A DNA stretch of 64,000 nt from Alphaproteobacteria bacterium (GCA_965248835.1 CBDFLJ010000001.1:992001-1056000), one strand, 5' to 3'; shown: positions 7,850 through 17,978, numbered from the stretch's first letter. Numbers and translations: made by a program. Notes: a model not told the origin generated them from the sequence alone.

Positions 7850-10126
7850 ATGAACGGCGGGGGTCTCGTTTGCCGCCTTCCTGAGGTGTTCGCCAAGGCA
7901 ATAGGCGGCACTGTCGCCGCTTTCCTGCTCGCGGCCCTGGTTTCCCTGGCCCTGCCGACCAGTGCCGGCGCCCAGACGATCACGCTGACGGATACGAACG
8001 GAGACGCTTTAAGCGCCGTGGCCGAGGACGCCGGCGCGACCGATGTGACGGTGACGATCACACTGAACGCGGCCCTGGCTCGCTTCAGAAATGGATTGTG
8101 TATGTGGGCGCACAAATCGACACGGCGACGGAGCAGTCTAATCTGGTTTTAGAGAGGTACTGGGACTACGAGCGGTTTGACACCGGCGCGGTGTCCATCG
8201 GGGGCAACGAGACAAGCGGCACCACCACGATCTCTTTGACGCCGATCCAGGACAGCGTGTACGAGGGTGACGAGACGCTGACCGTGGGCGCCGTGCTGGT
8301 GGGCACCCACGGCAGTCGGGACCACGGTGACGATCACCGACGACAATGGGCCGCCGACCGGGATTACGCTGTCGGTCACCCCGGCGAGCGTGGCCGAGGG
8401 GGCCGTCTCGACCGAGGTGACGGTGACGGCGACGGTGAACGGCGGCACGACCTTCGGCACCCCCCAGGACGTGACGGTGGAGGTGGGCAAGGATGGCGAC
8501 GCGGCGGTGAAGGGGACCGACTACGCGACGGTCGCCGACTTCACGTTGACAATCCCGGCCAGCGCCGAGACCGCTACCGGCACGTTCAGCCTCGATCCGA
8601 CCCAGGACGGGGTGGACGAAGGGACCGGCGAGACGCTGAGCGTGCACGGCACGCTGAGCGGGGTGACGGTCATCGGGACCGAGCTGACGATCGTCGACGA
8701 CGTGGAGGCCGCCGTGGCAGCGCGTCGGAACCGGGTCAACGAGGAAGTGTTGCCCCAGGTCGCCCAGGCGTTGGCGGCGAGCACGCTGTCGGCGATCACC
8801 GGCCGCATCGATTCGGTGGTCTCGGGCGCCGCGCCGGGAGGATTGAACCTGGCCGGCCAATCGAGCCTTCACCATGTCCTGAAGTCCAACGAGCGGGCGC
8901 TTGAGGACGGCACGCTGAGCTTGGCCCAGGTGCTGGGCGGCTCATCGTTCGCGCTGCCGCTGAACGCCGCCGCGGACGGCAACTCCGGCGGTCTAGGCGG
9001 TCTCACGGTATGGGGCAACGGCGACTACCGCAAGCTGTCCGGTGCCGAGGACGGCACGGTCGACTGGGACGGCGACATCTTCAGCTTCCATCTCGGCGCG
9101 GATATGCGGGTGCGGCCCGATCTCCTGGCCGGTCTGTCGGTGTCCCGGTCGCTGGGCTCGTTCGACTATACGGACCGGACCGATCCCATGGTGGTGGAAG
9201 GCAGCTATGAGAGCCGCATGACCAGCGTGCACCCCTATGTGAACTGGTCTTCACCCGAGGGTCTGGACCTGTGGGCGACGGTCGGCTATGGCCGAGGCGA
9301 GATCGAGATCGCCGACGATGTGGGCGGCAGCGATTCGAGCGACACCACGCTGAAGGCGGCGGCTGTGGGTGCGAGCGGCAAGCTGTTCTCGGAGGAGGAC
9401 GCGCTGATCGGCGGCACGGCGACGCTGCGGCTCAAAGGCGAAGGCTCTTTGGCGCAGGTCAAGGTGGAGGGCAACGGCCGGATCAACCCGCTGACCTCGG
9501 ACGTTCAACGTCTTCGTCTGTCTCTGGAAGGCAGCCATGAGCGGCAGCTTGCATCGGGCGGGCGTCTGACCCCGTCGGTGGAAGTGGGGCTGCGCCATGA
9601 CGCCGGCGATGCGATGACCGGCACCGGGTTGGAGCTCGGCGGCCGTCTGCGCTATGTGGACCCGGCCTCGGGTCTGACGCTGGAGGGCCACGGTCGGGTG
9701 CTTGTCGCCCACGAGGACGACCATGAGGACTGGGGCATCGGCGGTCTGGTCCGCCTCGACCCGGGCACCGACCGGCGGGGGCTGTCGCTCAGCCTGGTCC
9801 CGGCCTGGGGCGGGGCGGCGAGTGGTGTGCGAAAATTGTGGGATGGGGGCACAATCGATGCGCCGGCCAACGACAACACGTCCGCGGGCCGGCTGGAGGC
9901 GGAGTTCGGCTACGGCCTCGCCGGTCTTGTCGGTCTCGGCGGCCGCGGCGTGGTGACGCCGTTTGCCGGTCTCTCGCTGGCGGGCGAGGGTGCCCGGCGT
10001 TACCGCGTGGGCGGGCGCCTGGAGGTCGCGCCGGCGGTCCGTTTGAGCCTCGAGGGCGAGCGCCGGGAGAGCGAGACCGGGACGCCCGACCATGGCGTGA
10101 TGCTGCGCGGCCAACTGCGCTGGTAG
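7850..10126 (+). pseudogene. Autotransporter-like outer membrane protein with Calx-beta/Ig-like passenger repeats, interrupted by two compensating frameshifts
   Basis: Signal peptide ...PTSAGA-Q from 7850; middle segment in another frame (about 8078-8308, DSVYEGDETLTV); ORF 8327-10126 has VAEG/GTDY/DGVDE..ETL repeats and a beta-barrel ending in W. Confidence 0.8.
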
Positions 10127-10225
10127 CCGAAGGCCCGCGCATCCGGCAGCGCTTGATGCACGCGAGCACCCGGCCTACGAAGCGGCGCGCGGAGACGGAC
10201 GTCGAACGGACGGCGGGGAGACGAC

Positions 10226-11071
10226 ATGGGATCGGTTTCATATCGGACAAGCGCTTATGACCGGATGATCACCGCTGCGGTCGTCTTCGCCATGTGCCTT
10301 ATCTCGGCTTTCGCACCCGATGCGCGTGCAGCGGACTCGAAATGGTATGTCGGGGCGAGCATACCGCTCATGTTCATCGACGACACGAAAACCGACACGG
10401 ACGGGAGCACCGCTACGCCGAACGGCCCCCTCCAGTACACGGCAAAGGCCGTCACGGAGTACGAGACGGGGTTCAAGCTCGGCGGCGTTGTGGGCTACGC
10501 GCTCAGTGCAAACCTGCGTATCGAAGGCGAGCTGTTTTTCGCCAGGGCCAAGGTCGGCAAGCTGACCTATAGCGGAATAACCGCGCTCCCGCCGTCACCG
10601 GGGTCGGCGCTCACTCTTCCGGGCAAAACATCCATTCCCGTATCCGGTTCAGCCGATCAGTTGGGCGGCATGGTGAACCTCTGGTACGACTTCAATACCG
10701 GCTCCCGCTGGACGCCCTATATCGGCGGCGGCCTCGGCTTCATCCGGGTCGATATGGGCGACGTGAAGTACGACAGCAACGCGGTCGCGCAGACGGTTTC
10801 GGACAAACTGGACGAAATCGCAGGAACGGATTCGCCCGATCTACCTCAGGGGTATGTGCCTGAACTCTCCGCGGCCGATACCGCGTTCGCCTTCCAATTC
10901 GGCGCGGGAGTGGGCTACCAGCTTTCCGATGCCACGACAGTCCATCTGGGCTACCGCCTTCAAAACACCGACACGTTGAAGTTCAGCGGCGAGAATGCCA
11001 CGGCATCCGTCAATGCGGCGACCGATCTGCAGGTCCATCTCTTCGAAATCGGCATACGCTACCGCTTCTAG
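10226..11071 (+). CDS. Outer membrane beta-barrel protein (OmpA-like/opacity/porin family); start may be 10265
   Basis: Signal peptide ...DARA; WYVG, GYALS.NLRIEGE, TPYIGGGLG, FQFGAGVGY, C-terminal IGIRYRF. Confidence 0.9.
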   Translation: MGSVSYRTSAYDRMITAAVVFAMCLISAFAPDARAADSKWYVGASIPLMFIDDTKTDTDGSTATPNGPLQYTAKAVTEYETGFKLGGVVGYALSANLRIEGELFFARAKVGKLTYSGITALPPSPGSALTLPGKTSIPVSGSADQLGGMVNLWYDFNTGSRWTPYIGGGLGFIRVDMGDVKYDSNAVAQTVSDKLDEIAGTDSPDLPQGYVPELSAADTAFAFQFGAGVGYQLSDATTVHLGYRLQNTDTLKFSGENATASVNAATDLQVHLFEIGIRYRF

Positions 11072-11262
11072 GCCGCACGCGGACCCTGAACGACGTGTCC
11101 GGACTGGGCAGCGGAACCTGTGAGCCCTTGGGCCTGTAGTCGGTAAGCATTGGGTGAGGCGGCCCTTGTGAGATAGCTGTCCGAAGCCGCAGTCTTGCCT
11201 GATCTTCCGGAGATCGCTGGTGTCCACCATCGGCAAGTGGACACCGTCGGTGAGAGTTTGCG

Positions 11263-11609
11263 GTGAAGCGTCGGGTACGTCGGTTCTGGTCCGAGGACGA
11301 GAAGCGCCGGATCGTAGCTCAGACCTATGCTCCCGGCGTTTCGGTGTCTCAGGTGGCGCGTCGTTACGACGTAAGCCAACCTCGTCTTCAAGCGGATTGC
11401 GATCCGCGCTACCGGCCCGCGGCTGTCGGCGAGGCTGCGGCGTTCTTCCTTCCGGTCGAGGTGGTGTCGAGACCGTCTCCGCTGTCGGCGGCGCCTGGAC
11501 CGTTGGACGGGCGGATCGAGATTGCCTGTCGAGCGCTCATCGCGTGAGTGCCAGCGGGTCGTTCGATGTGGAAGCGCTGTGCCGCGTGGTCCGGGTATTG
11601 CGTGGATGA
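11263..11609 (+). pseudogene. tnpA: IS66 TnpA (HTH) remnant, frameshifted
   Basis: RRFWSEDEKRRIVAQTYAPGVSVSQVARRYDV, with the C-terminus [14 protein letters not shown] in another frame. Confidence 0.8.
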
Positions 11610-11988
11610 TCCCGGTTCCGTCCTCGGCGCGGGTGCGGCTGGCGTGCGGGGTGAAGGAAATGCGCAAGGGGTTCCCCGCCAACGCGGCGGAGGCTGAGCG
11701 AATGCTGAAGGCGGATCCTTATTCGGGCCGTCTGTTCGTGTTCCGGGGCCGCTGCGGCGACCTGATCAAGATGATCTGGTGGGACGGCCAGGGAGCGCGC
11801 GTTCGGCCTGCTCTCGAACCGATGGCGGGCGAGCCTCACTCTCGAGGCGCCCGGAGCTAGATCGTTTCGTACGGCCGTCGGCGTCGGGCAGGAAGCTCGT
11901 CGTCACCCGGGCGCAGTTGTCGATGTTGCTGGAGGGGATCGACTGGCGGGCACCGCGGCGCACTTGGCGGCCGCTGGCCGCGAGCTAA
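11606..11988 (+). pseudogene. tnpB: IS66 accessory protein TnpB remnant, frameshifted
   Basis: [32 protein letters not shown]; AQLSMLLEGIDWR in another frame. Confidence 0.85.
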
Positions 11989-12062
11989 TAACTCGTTTAT
12001 AAACAATAATTTGACTGCCCTTTGGGCTTTCCATTGGTGGATCTTTCGGGTAGGGCGCCGCC

Positions 12063-12720
12063 ATGCTCGAGGAGGCCGATGCCCTGCCCGACGACATCGT
12101 CGCGCTGAAGGCGATGGTGCTGACCTCGCGGGCCGAGATGGCGGCGCGGGAGGCCTAACTCCGCAACCGCGATCTTCTGATCGAGAAGCTCAAGCACCAG
12201 CTTGCAGGTCTGCGCCGGCAGCGCTTCGGGACCGGTTGGGAGGCCCTCGACCAGATCGCGCTGGGCCTGGCAGACGAAGAGATTGCACGGGCGGCGGTGG
12301 CTCCCGCGATCCCGACGCCCGGTGCCACGAGACAGCCGAAGCGTCGCCCCTGCCGGATCATCTGCCGCGCGAAGAGACGGTTCTCGTGCCGCGCAAGTGA
12401 TGCAGCGATGGCGGCCGTCATCTGAAGCGATCGGGCGAGGATGTCATCGAGGAGCTGGAATACGTCCCCAGGCGTTTTGTCGTGAAGTGCATCGTGCGCC
12501 GTTGCCGTCGCCGCCGATCGAGCGCGGCCGCCCGGTCCAGGCCTTCTGGCGCATGTGCTGGTCTTGAAGTACTGCGATCACCTGCCACCGTACCGTCAGT
12601 CCCGGACCTTCGCGCGCGAGGAGATCGATTTTGACTGCTCGACGCTGGCCGGCTGGGTCGGCAAGGCGACGCCGCTGCTGGACCCGCTGGCCGATGTCGT
12701 CGGCCGCCATGCACTGCGCG
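12063..12720 (+). pseudogene. tnpC: IS66 transposase TnpC N-terminal remnant
   Basis: LPDDIVALKA, internal TAA, LIEKLKHQLAGLRRQRFG, LPDHLPREE, KYCDHLPPYRQS, STLAGWVG; several frameshifts and deletions. Confidence 0.85.
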
Positions 12721-13388
12721 TGCCAGAAGTTGGTCATGCCGTTGGCCGTCGATTCCTGGACGATCTCGGTGCCGTCCTCGTCGGGGACCGCCTCCAGGAT
12801 GCCAAGCGCCTGTTCGGAGGCCGACTTCCTGTAGGCGACCTCGGCCAGGTGCGTGGGCTGGAACGTGAACGACCGTCCGCCGCCCGTGTTGCTCGCCCCC
12901 GCGGCGCCGATGGTGATGCCGGAGTCGAGATCTGCGAAGGAAAGTTCTTCCTTGTTCGAGCGGTGGACCCTGGGGCGTGCGGGTCGTTGTCGGCATAGCG
13001 CTTGATCACGTTGAACAGATTCGCCGTCGCGTCGTCGCGGTGCGTCACGGTCAGCGCCCGGACGCCGCGCTTGCGCGTGATCCCGGTGGTAGTTGCGGGG
13101 TCCAATATAGGTCGAGACCCCGACCTGGCGGGCTTTCAAGACCAGCGCCCGGACCCGACCCTTCTCGTGAAGCTGGTTGTCGAGCCGAACGTCGATCTCG
13201 CGCTGGGCGGCGTTGAACCGCAGCAGCTTGTCGTCGCCGGATTTCGGCCGGACCATGAGCGCGTCTCTCGCAAATGTCTCCAACGAGGTGCCATGGAGCG
13301 CCTTGTTTCGCTCGATCTCCGCCAACCGGCGCCAGGCTTCGACCCGGGCCGCCCGGCGGTAGTCGTCAATGGATTGCAGGCTGGTCAT
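12712..13388 (-). pseudogene. terL: Phage terminase large subunit, N-terminal ATPase remnant
   Basis: FNAAQ, Walker A-like LKARQVGVST, RSFTFQ..HLAEVA (Walker B) and ESTANG coupling motif; internal frameshifts; nuclease domain missing. Confidence 0.8.
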
Positions 13389-13652
13389 CCTCTGTCCTCA
13401 GGAACGTCCTCAACTCGTCCTCGGTCATGTCCTCGATCCGCTTCACGCTGATCTGGGACCTGTCGATGATCAGCCCGAGCACCTTGCCTTGCCCGTCGTC
13501 GCCGTGACGGCCGCCGCCACGGCGCCCCTCTTGCGCGCGAACTGGCGATCCTCGTCGAGCTGGCGGACGATGTCGGCCACCGTGATGTTCACCGACTTCG
13601 CGGCTCCGCGGCGGAGGTAGTCGACCCGCGCCTGGATGGCCGGCTTGTTCAT
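13366..13652 (-). pseudogene. Probable phage terminase small subunit remnant
   Basis: KPAIQARVDYLR...ITVADIVRQLDEDRQFA, a frameshift, then VLGLIIDR...IEDMTEDELRTFL; overlaps the terL start. Confidence 0.6.
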
Positions 13653-13810
13653 TTACTGCGCCGCGTGTTTGTCGGGGCGCGCGTAACGGCCACGTCCCGA
13701 GTGATCCGACCGCCGACGTCCGGCGCGTCCGTTACAGGAGCGACGGATTCCCGGCATGGACGGTCGAGGATGGCCAGGCTTTCCGGGAGCGTTATCCGGT
13801 CGGCACCAAG

Positions 13811-14339
13811 GTGCGGTTGGCGATGGAGTTGCTGTTGCTGACCGGGCTTCGGCGCTCGGACCTTGTGACGGCCGGACGCCGGCACCTTCGAGGGGCGTGT
13901 TCTTGATCCGCACGCAGAAGACGGGCGCCACGCTCACCGTGAAGTTCCCGCCTCGACTCATGGCGCTGATCAAGCAGTCGCCGACCGGCGATATGCACTT
14001 CATCGCGACTCAGGCCGGCGGGCCGTTCCGGCCCGAGAGCTTCGGAACTCGGTACGGGAACGCTGCCGCGACGTAGGGATCGCCAAGAACGCCCACGGGT
14101 TGCGCAAACTGTCCCCAACGCTCGCCGCAAACGGCGGCGTAGCGACGCATGAACTGATGGCACAGTACGGTTGGACGAAGATCGAGCAGGCCGAGGTCTA
14201 CACCCGCGGCGGCGATCGCGCCCATCTCGGCGTCCGGGCTTCGGAGATCGTCGAAGGGCAAATCGACAACAACTTTGCCCACACCTCCGAATCCGGTATG
14301 GGCAAAAGGCCGATTTCGTCAGAGAAATCAATCGCCTAA
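13811..14339 (+). pseudogene. Tyrosine recombinase/phage integrase catalytic-domain remnant
   Basis: LLLLTGLRRSDL (box I), QKTG, HGLRK (box II) and YGW.......VYT; frameshifts and a stop; ends 8 bp from the tRNA CCA. Confidence 0.85.
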
Positions 14340-14347
14340 TTTTTGGC

Positions 14348-14424
14348 TGGCGACCCCGGCAGGATTTGAACCTGCGACCTACGGATTAGGAATCCGTCGC
14401 TCTATCCGACTGAGCTACGGGGCC
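14348..14424 (-). tRNA. tRNA-Arg(CCT)
   Basis: GGCCCCGTAGCTCAGTCGGATAGAGCG-ACGGA-TT-CCT-AA-TCCGT-AGGTCGCAGGTTCAAATCCTGCCGGGGTCGCCA forms a full cloverleaf with encoded CCA. Confidence 0.97.
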
Positions 14425-14504
14425 GCTGGGCGTGGGATAACGCAGGCCGGGTGGCAGGGCAATGGACCTCGGACACGACAGCGCCGGACACCCCCAAGTC
14501 CGCC

Positions 14505-15350
14505 CTACGCCGCCATGTCCCACCACACGCAGCCCATGCCGCAGCGCAGCGCGACCGTGGGCTCGTAGCAGATGGTCCGGGCCGGGCGCGCCTCGGCAGC
14601 GGCCATGGCGGCGAGCCAGGACAGGAGTTCGGTGGTGCCGCCGTCGCCGGCGGCCGCCATGCGCTCGGGCGTGGTCCATTCGAGGACCTTCTCGGGCGCG
14701 CCCTCACCCAGCAGGGCCAGGAAATCGCGGTCGAACTGCTCGTCCACGGCGAAGTATTTGGGGCCGCCGGGGTCGTGGGAGAGGCCGCCGGTGCCCATGA
14801 TGGCGACCCGCTCTCCGGCCGGACGGCAGGTGCGGATGATGTCGGCGATCTCGCGGCCCACCCGGTAGCACTCCTCGGGGGCCGGCACCGGCGGGACGAT
14901 GCAGTTCATGTGGATCGGGACCAGCGGGATGTCGTGGTCGGGCGTAAGGTAGAGCAGGGGCACCGACCAGTTGTCGTCGAACAGCAGGCTGTCGGAATAT
15001 GCCAAGCGCAGACCGCGCCGGTCGCCCTCGCGCACCAGTGTCCTGGCGATTTCGGGATGGCCCGCTACCTCGTAGGGCGGCACGTTCAGCCAGTCGGAGA
15101 ACCATTCGGCCGGCCCGGCCCAGCGGGCCGCGGTGCCGACCAGGAAATCGGTGCCCGAGTCCAGCGGGATGTTGAGGAGGTGGTCGTTGGCAAGCCCGAT
15201 GATCACGTCGGGCCGGGTGGCGCGCAGCAGCCGGCCGAGCTCGTGGAAGCCCCTGGTGAGGTTTTCCTGCTGCTCCGGGGTGGCCTGGTCGAGCCAGCCG
15301 GTCATCCCCGGGGCGTGGCTAAGGGCGAGCGTTGCGACGATCTCAGCCAT
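14505..15350 (-). CDS. Class III extradiol ring-cleavage dioxygenase (LigB/MhpB-like)
   Basis: ALSHAP, NDH, GTGGLSHDP and GTTELLSW motifs. Confidence 0.85.
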   Translation of the reverse strand: MAEIVATLALSHAPGMTGWLDQATPEQQENLTRGFHELGRLLRATRPDVIIGLANDHLLNIPLDSGTDFLVGTAARWAGPAEWFSDWLNVPPYEVAGHPEIARTLVREGDRRGLRLAYSDSLLFDDNWSVPLLYLTPDHDIPLVPIHMNCIVPPVPAPEECYRVGREIADIIRTCRPAGERVAIMGTGGLSHDPGGPKYFAVDEQFDRDFLALLGEGAPEKVLEWTTPERMAAAGDGGTTELLSWLAAMAAAEARPARTICYEPTVALRCGMGCVWWDMAA

Positions 15351-15362
15351 GGCAAGACCTCC

Positions 15363-15959
15363 TCAGCGGGTGTCGGGGTGCCAGCCGGGGCCGGCGAGCT
15401 CGGTCGGCAGCGCGCCGTCATAGCCCTCGGCGTTCTCGATCTGCTCGACCCAATCCAGACCCATCGCCTTGAAAATCCGGTTGGTCATCACGATCAGCCG
15501 CGCCTCGCCTTCGGGGTCGGCGTTGACGTGCTGCTTGATGCAATAGGCCGGGATGAAGACGAAGTCGCCCTTGACCCAATCGAAGCGCTTGGGCTCGTCA
15601 GCCCAGGTCCAGGTGAAGTCGACGTCGACCTCGAAGTTTACGTCCCAGTGGAGATCGTACCCCTTGCCCTCGGCGACGTAGACGATCTGTTCGGCGAGCT
15701 TGCGCGACCTGCCCGACTTGCCGCCGGGCGGCAGGAACTGCATGTAGACGTCAAGGCAGCACTCGGTGGTGTTGAGCTTCTCGTGGACCATATGCTTCAA
15801 AAGCCCGTCCGGAGAGTTCTCGAACGGCATATCCCCGGCCTTGATCACCGTGAAGCGCTTGCGGTAGTCGGCCCGGAATTCGGCCGATTCCTGCAGCCAC
15901 TCGGCGTAGATGTCTGCCGTCTTATCGCCCTGGTGGGCGAGGTCTTTTTCGTCAGCCAA
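15363..15959 (-). CDS. Cupin-domain protein with degenerate metal site
   Basis: LPPGGKSGRSRKLAEQIVYVAEGKGY...FDWVKGDFVFIPAYCIKQHVN; TTG start. Confidence 0.8.
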   Translation of the reverse strand: MADEKDLAHQGDKTADIYAEWLQESAEFRADYRKRFTVIKAGDMPFENSPDGLLKHMVHEKLNTTECCLDVYMQFLPPGGKSGRSRKLAEQIVYVAEGKGYDLHWDVNFEVDVDFTWTWADEPKRFDWVKGDFVFIPAYCIKQHVNADPEGEARLIVMTNRIFKAMGLDWVEQIENAEGYDGALPTELAGPGWHPDTR

Positions 15960-15969
15960 CGCGGTGCTC

Positions 15970-16572
15970 CTAAATGTCCTTCGGCGGGGTCCAGTCTTCC
16001 CAGCCCGGCACCGCCTCCTTGGGCGGGTACTTGGCGATCTTCTGGAACAGCATGTGCATGAACAGGAACAAGGGCTTGGCCTTCATCACCAGCAGCACCA
16101 GGTCTTCGTCGTCGGAGGCGTTGAAGTGCTGGTGCACGCAGCCGTTCTCGACCACCATGATATCGCCCGCCTCGTAGTCGAAGCGCTTGCCGTCGTGGAT
16201 GTCGTAGCCCCTGCCGCGCAGGCAGTAGAAGATCGCCGAGTTCATGTGGCCGTGGCGCTGCCCGGTGCCCTGAGGCGCGATGACCGAGATGTGGGTCTCG
16301 ATCGATTGGGCGATGTCGGTTTTCATCGGGTTGATGATCGACTTGTCGAAGAGCTGCGGGCCGCCGCGCCATTCCTGGTCGAGCGCACCGTAGACCCGCG
16401 GCTGGCTGTAGAGCGCCTCCTGGAGCTCGCCGTAGGTGCCTTCCAGCGCGCGCACGAAGGTGCGCTTCCTCTGCCAGCGCTCCCAGACCACCTCCTTGGG
16501 CCGGTTGTGGCCGATTCCGGCCTCCGTGGTGCCGGCCTCGATGCCGGCGGGACCGGTCGGGCGATCGTCCAT
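15970..16572 (-). CDS. Cupin-domain protein with 3-His metal site (gentisate-dioxygenase-like domain)
   Basis: QRHGHMNSAIFYCLRGRGY...EAGDIMVVENGCVHQHFN. Confidence 0.85.
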   Translation of the reverse strand: MDDRPTGPAGIEAGTTEAGIGHNRPKEVVWERWQRKRTFVRALEGTYGELQEALYSQPRVYGALDQEWRGGPQLFDKSIINPMKTDIAQSIETHISVIAPQGTGQRHGHMNSAIFYCLRGRGYDIHDGKRFDYEAGDIMVVENGCVHQHFNASDDEDLVLLVMKAKPLFLFMHMLFQKIAKYPPKEAVPGWEDWTPPKDI

Positions 16573-16684
16573 GGGCGTGATCTCCTGGAGGCGCTATGAT
16601 CGGGCGTTTCTGGCTTGGCCCGGATTATATCGAGGCCGGGTCGGCTGTCCAGTTCGGCCCCCCTTCTGCGCGCGGAACCCGCTG

Positions 16685-17548
16685 ATGGGACTGCAGATCA
16701 ACCCGCTATCGGACGTGCTCGGCGCCGAGATCAGCGGCATCGATCTGGCGCGTGGGCTGACCGGGGAGATTTTCGAGCAGATCCTGGCCGCGTTCCACCG
16801 CCACCATGTGCTGGTGTTCCGCGATCAGTTCCTGGCGCCCGGCGACCAGGTCGCCTTCTCCGCCCGCTTCGGCCCGCTTGAGGTGCACGACAACACCCGG
16901 TTCATGCTCGACGGCCATGCCGAGATCCTGGTGCTTTCCAACGACCTCAAGGACGGCAAGCCGGTCGGCGTGCCCGACGCCGGAGATAGCTGGCACACGG
17001 ACCTGTCGTTCAAGCAACGGCCCTCGCTTTGCACGCTGCTCCAGACGGTGCGGCTGCCGGCCAGGGGCGGCGATACCGCGTTCGCGTGCATGACCGCGGC
17101 CTACGCCGCGCTGCCCGATCCGGTCAAGGCGCGGATCGCGGGCCTCCGCGGCATCCACACCATCAACAAGCTGCGCAACCCGCGGATCGCGATCTCGCCC
17201 TTGCGGCGGGACGCGGGGGATTTCTACGCCGCCCAGGGCGCGCGCTTCCCCGACCGCAGCCATCCGGTCGTGCGCATCCACCCGGTCACCGGCGAGAAAT
17301 CGCTTTACGTCCAGCCGCGCTTCACCATCGGCATCGCGGATATGGCCGATGAGGAGGCACAGCCGCTCCTGGACATGCTGTTCGCCCACCAGATCCAACC
17401 CGAGTTCGTCTACCGCAACCGCTGGCGGGAAGGCGATCTGCTGATGTGGGACAACCGCTGCGTGATCCATTTCGCCACCGGCGGCTATGCCTACCCCGAC
17501 ATCCGCACCATGCACCGCACCACGGTGCTGGGCGATGAGCCGTTCTGA
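16685..17548 (+). CDS. TauD/TfdA-family Fe(II)/2-oxoglutarate dioxygenase
   Basis: GAEISGIDL, VLVFRDQ, WHTD, GGDTAF, HPVVRIHP, WDNR.VIH and MHRTT motifs. Confidence 0.93.
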   Translation: MGLQINPLSDVLGAEISGIDLARGLTGEIFEQILAAFHRHHVLVFRDQFLAPGDQVAFSARFGPLEVHDNTRFMLDGHAEILVLSNDLKDGKPVGVPDAGDSWHTDLSFKQRPSLCTLLQTVRLPARGGDTAFACMTAAYAALPDPVKARIAGLRGIHTINKLRNPRIAISPLRRDAGDFYAAQGARFPDRSHPVVRIHPVTGEKSLYVQPRFTIGIADMADEEAQPLLDMLFAHQIQPEFVYRNRWREGDLLMWDNRCVIHFATGGYAYPDIRTMHRTTVLGDEPF

Positions 17549-17561
17549 ACCGAGACGGGCT

Positions 17562-17978
17562 TCAGCCCGGCGGGTCGCAGTCGACGGTGCCCATGTCGGC
17601 GGGGACCGAGACCTCCAGCAGGCGCAGCGAATTCGAGGTCGCGATTTCCTGGTGGCGCTCGCCGCCCGGGATCATCACCGAATCGCCGGGCGCGAGGCGG
17701 ACCTTGCGGCCATCCTCGAACTCGAGGTCGATCCAGCCCTCGAGCATGTAGACGAACTGCATCTCGCATTCGTGGTAGTGCCAGCCCGTCGGCGCGGTCA
17801 AGCCGCCTTCGGCCGAGGTGACCTGCGCCCGCATCCGGCCGCCCGTGCCGTCGGTGACCCCGAGGTCGCGGTACTTGAAGAAGGCGCGCCGGCCTTCGAC
17901 ATAGCGCGCATCGTTCTGGGTCGAGACCGCAAGAGTCATCGCGGGCGGCTTCGCCGCGGTCTTCAGCGTGCTGGCCAT
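17562..17978 (-). CDS. Small cupin-domain protein
   Basis: YRDLG...TGWHYHECEMQFVYMLEGW...PGD...IPGGERHQE. Confidence 0.85.
   Translation of the reverse strand: MASTLKTAAKPPAMTLAVSTQNDARYVEGRRAFFKYRDLGVTDGTGGRMRAQVTSAEGGLTAPTGWHYHECEMQFVYMLEGWIDLEFEDGRKVRLAPGDSVMIPGGERHQEIATSNSLRLLEVSVPADMGTVDCDPPG

Larger units (their letters stand above)
11143..12720 (+). mobile_element. Degenerate, 3'-truncated IS66-family element
   Basis: GTAAGC left end at 11143; hairpin GGTGTCCAC/GTGGACACC at 11219-11245; tnpA, tnpB and tnpC remnants in order; no right end found. Confidence 0.85.

Noticed and set aside
12444-12711. C-terminal part of ORF 12444..13388 as a novel terminase domain
   Set aside because: It is antisense read-through into IS66 tnpC sequence after the deletion junction.
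2087-14424. tRNA fragment at 2087-2133 as the att partner of tRNA-Arg(CCT)
   Set aside because: They share AGGTCGCAGGTTC but lie on opposite strands, whereas att sites are direct repeats; the fragment's ends match tRNA-fMet better.
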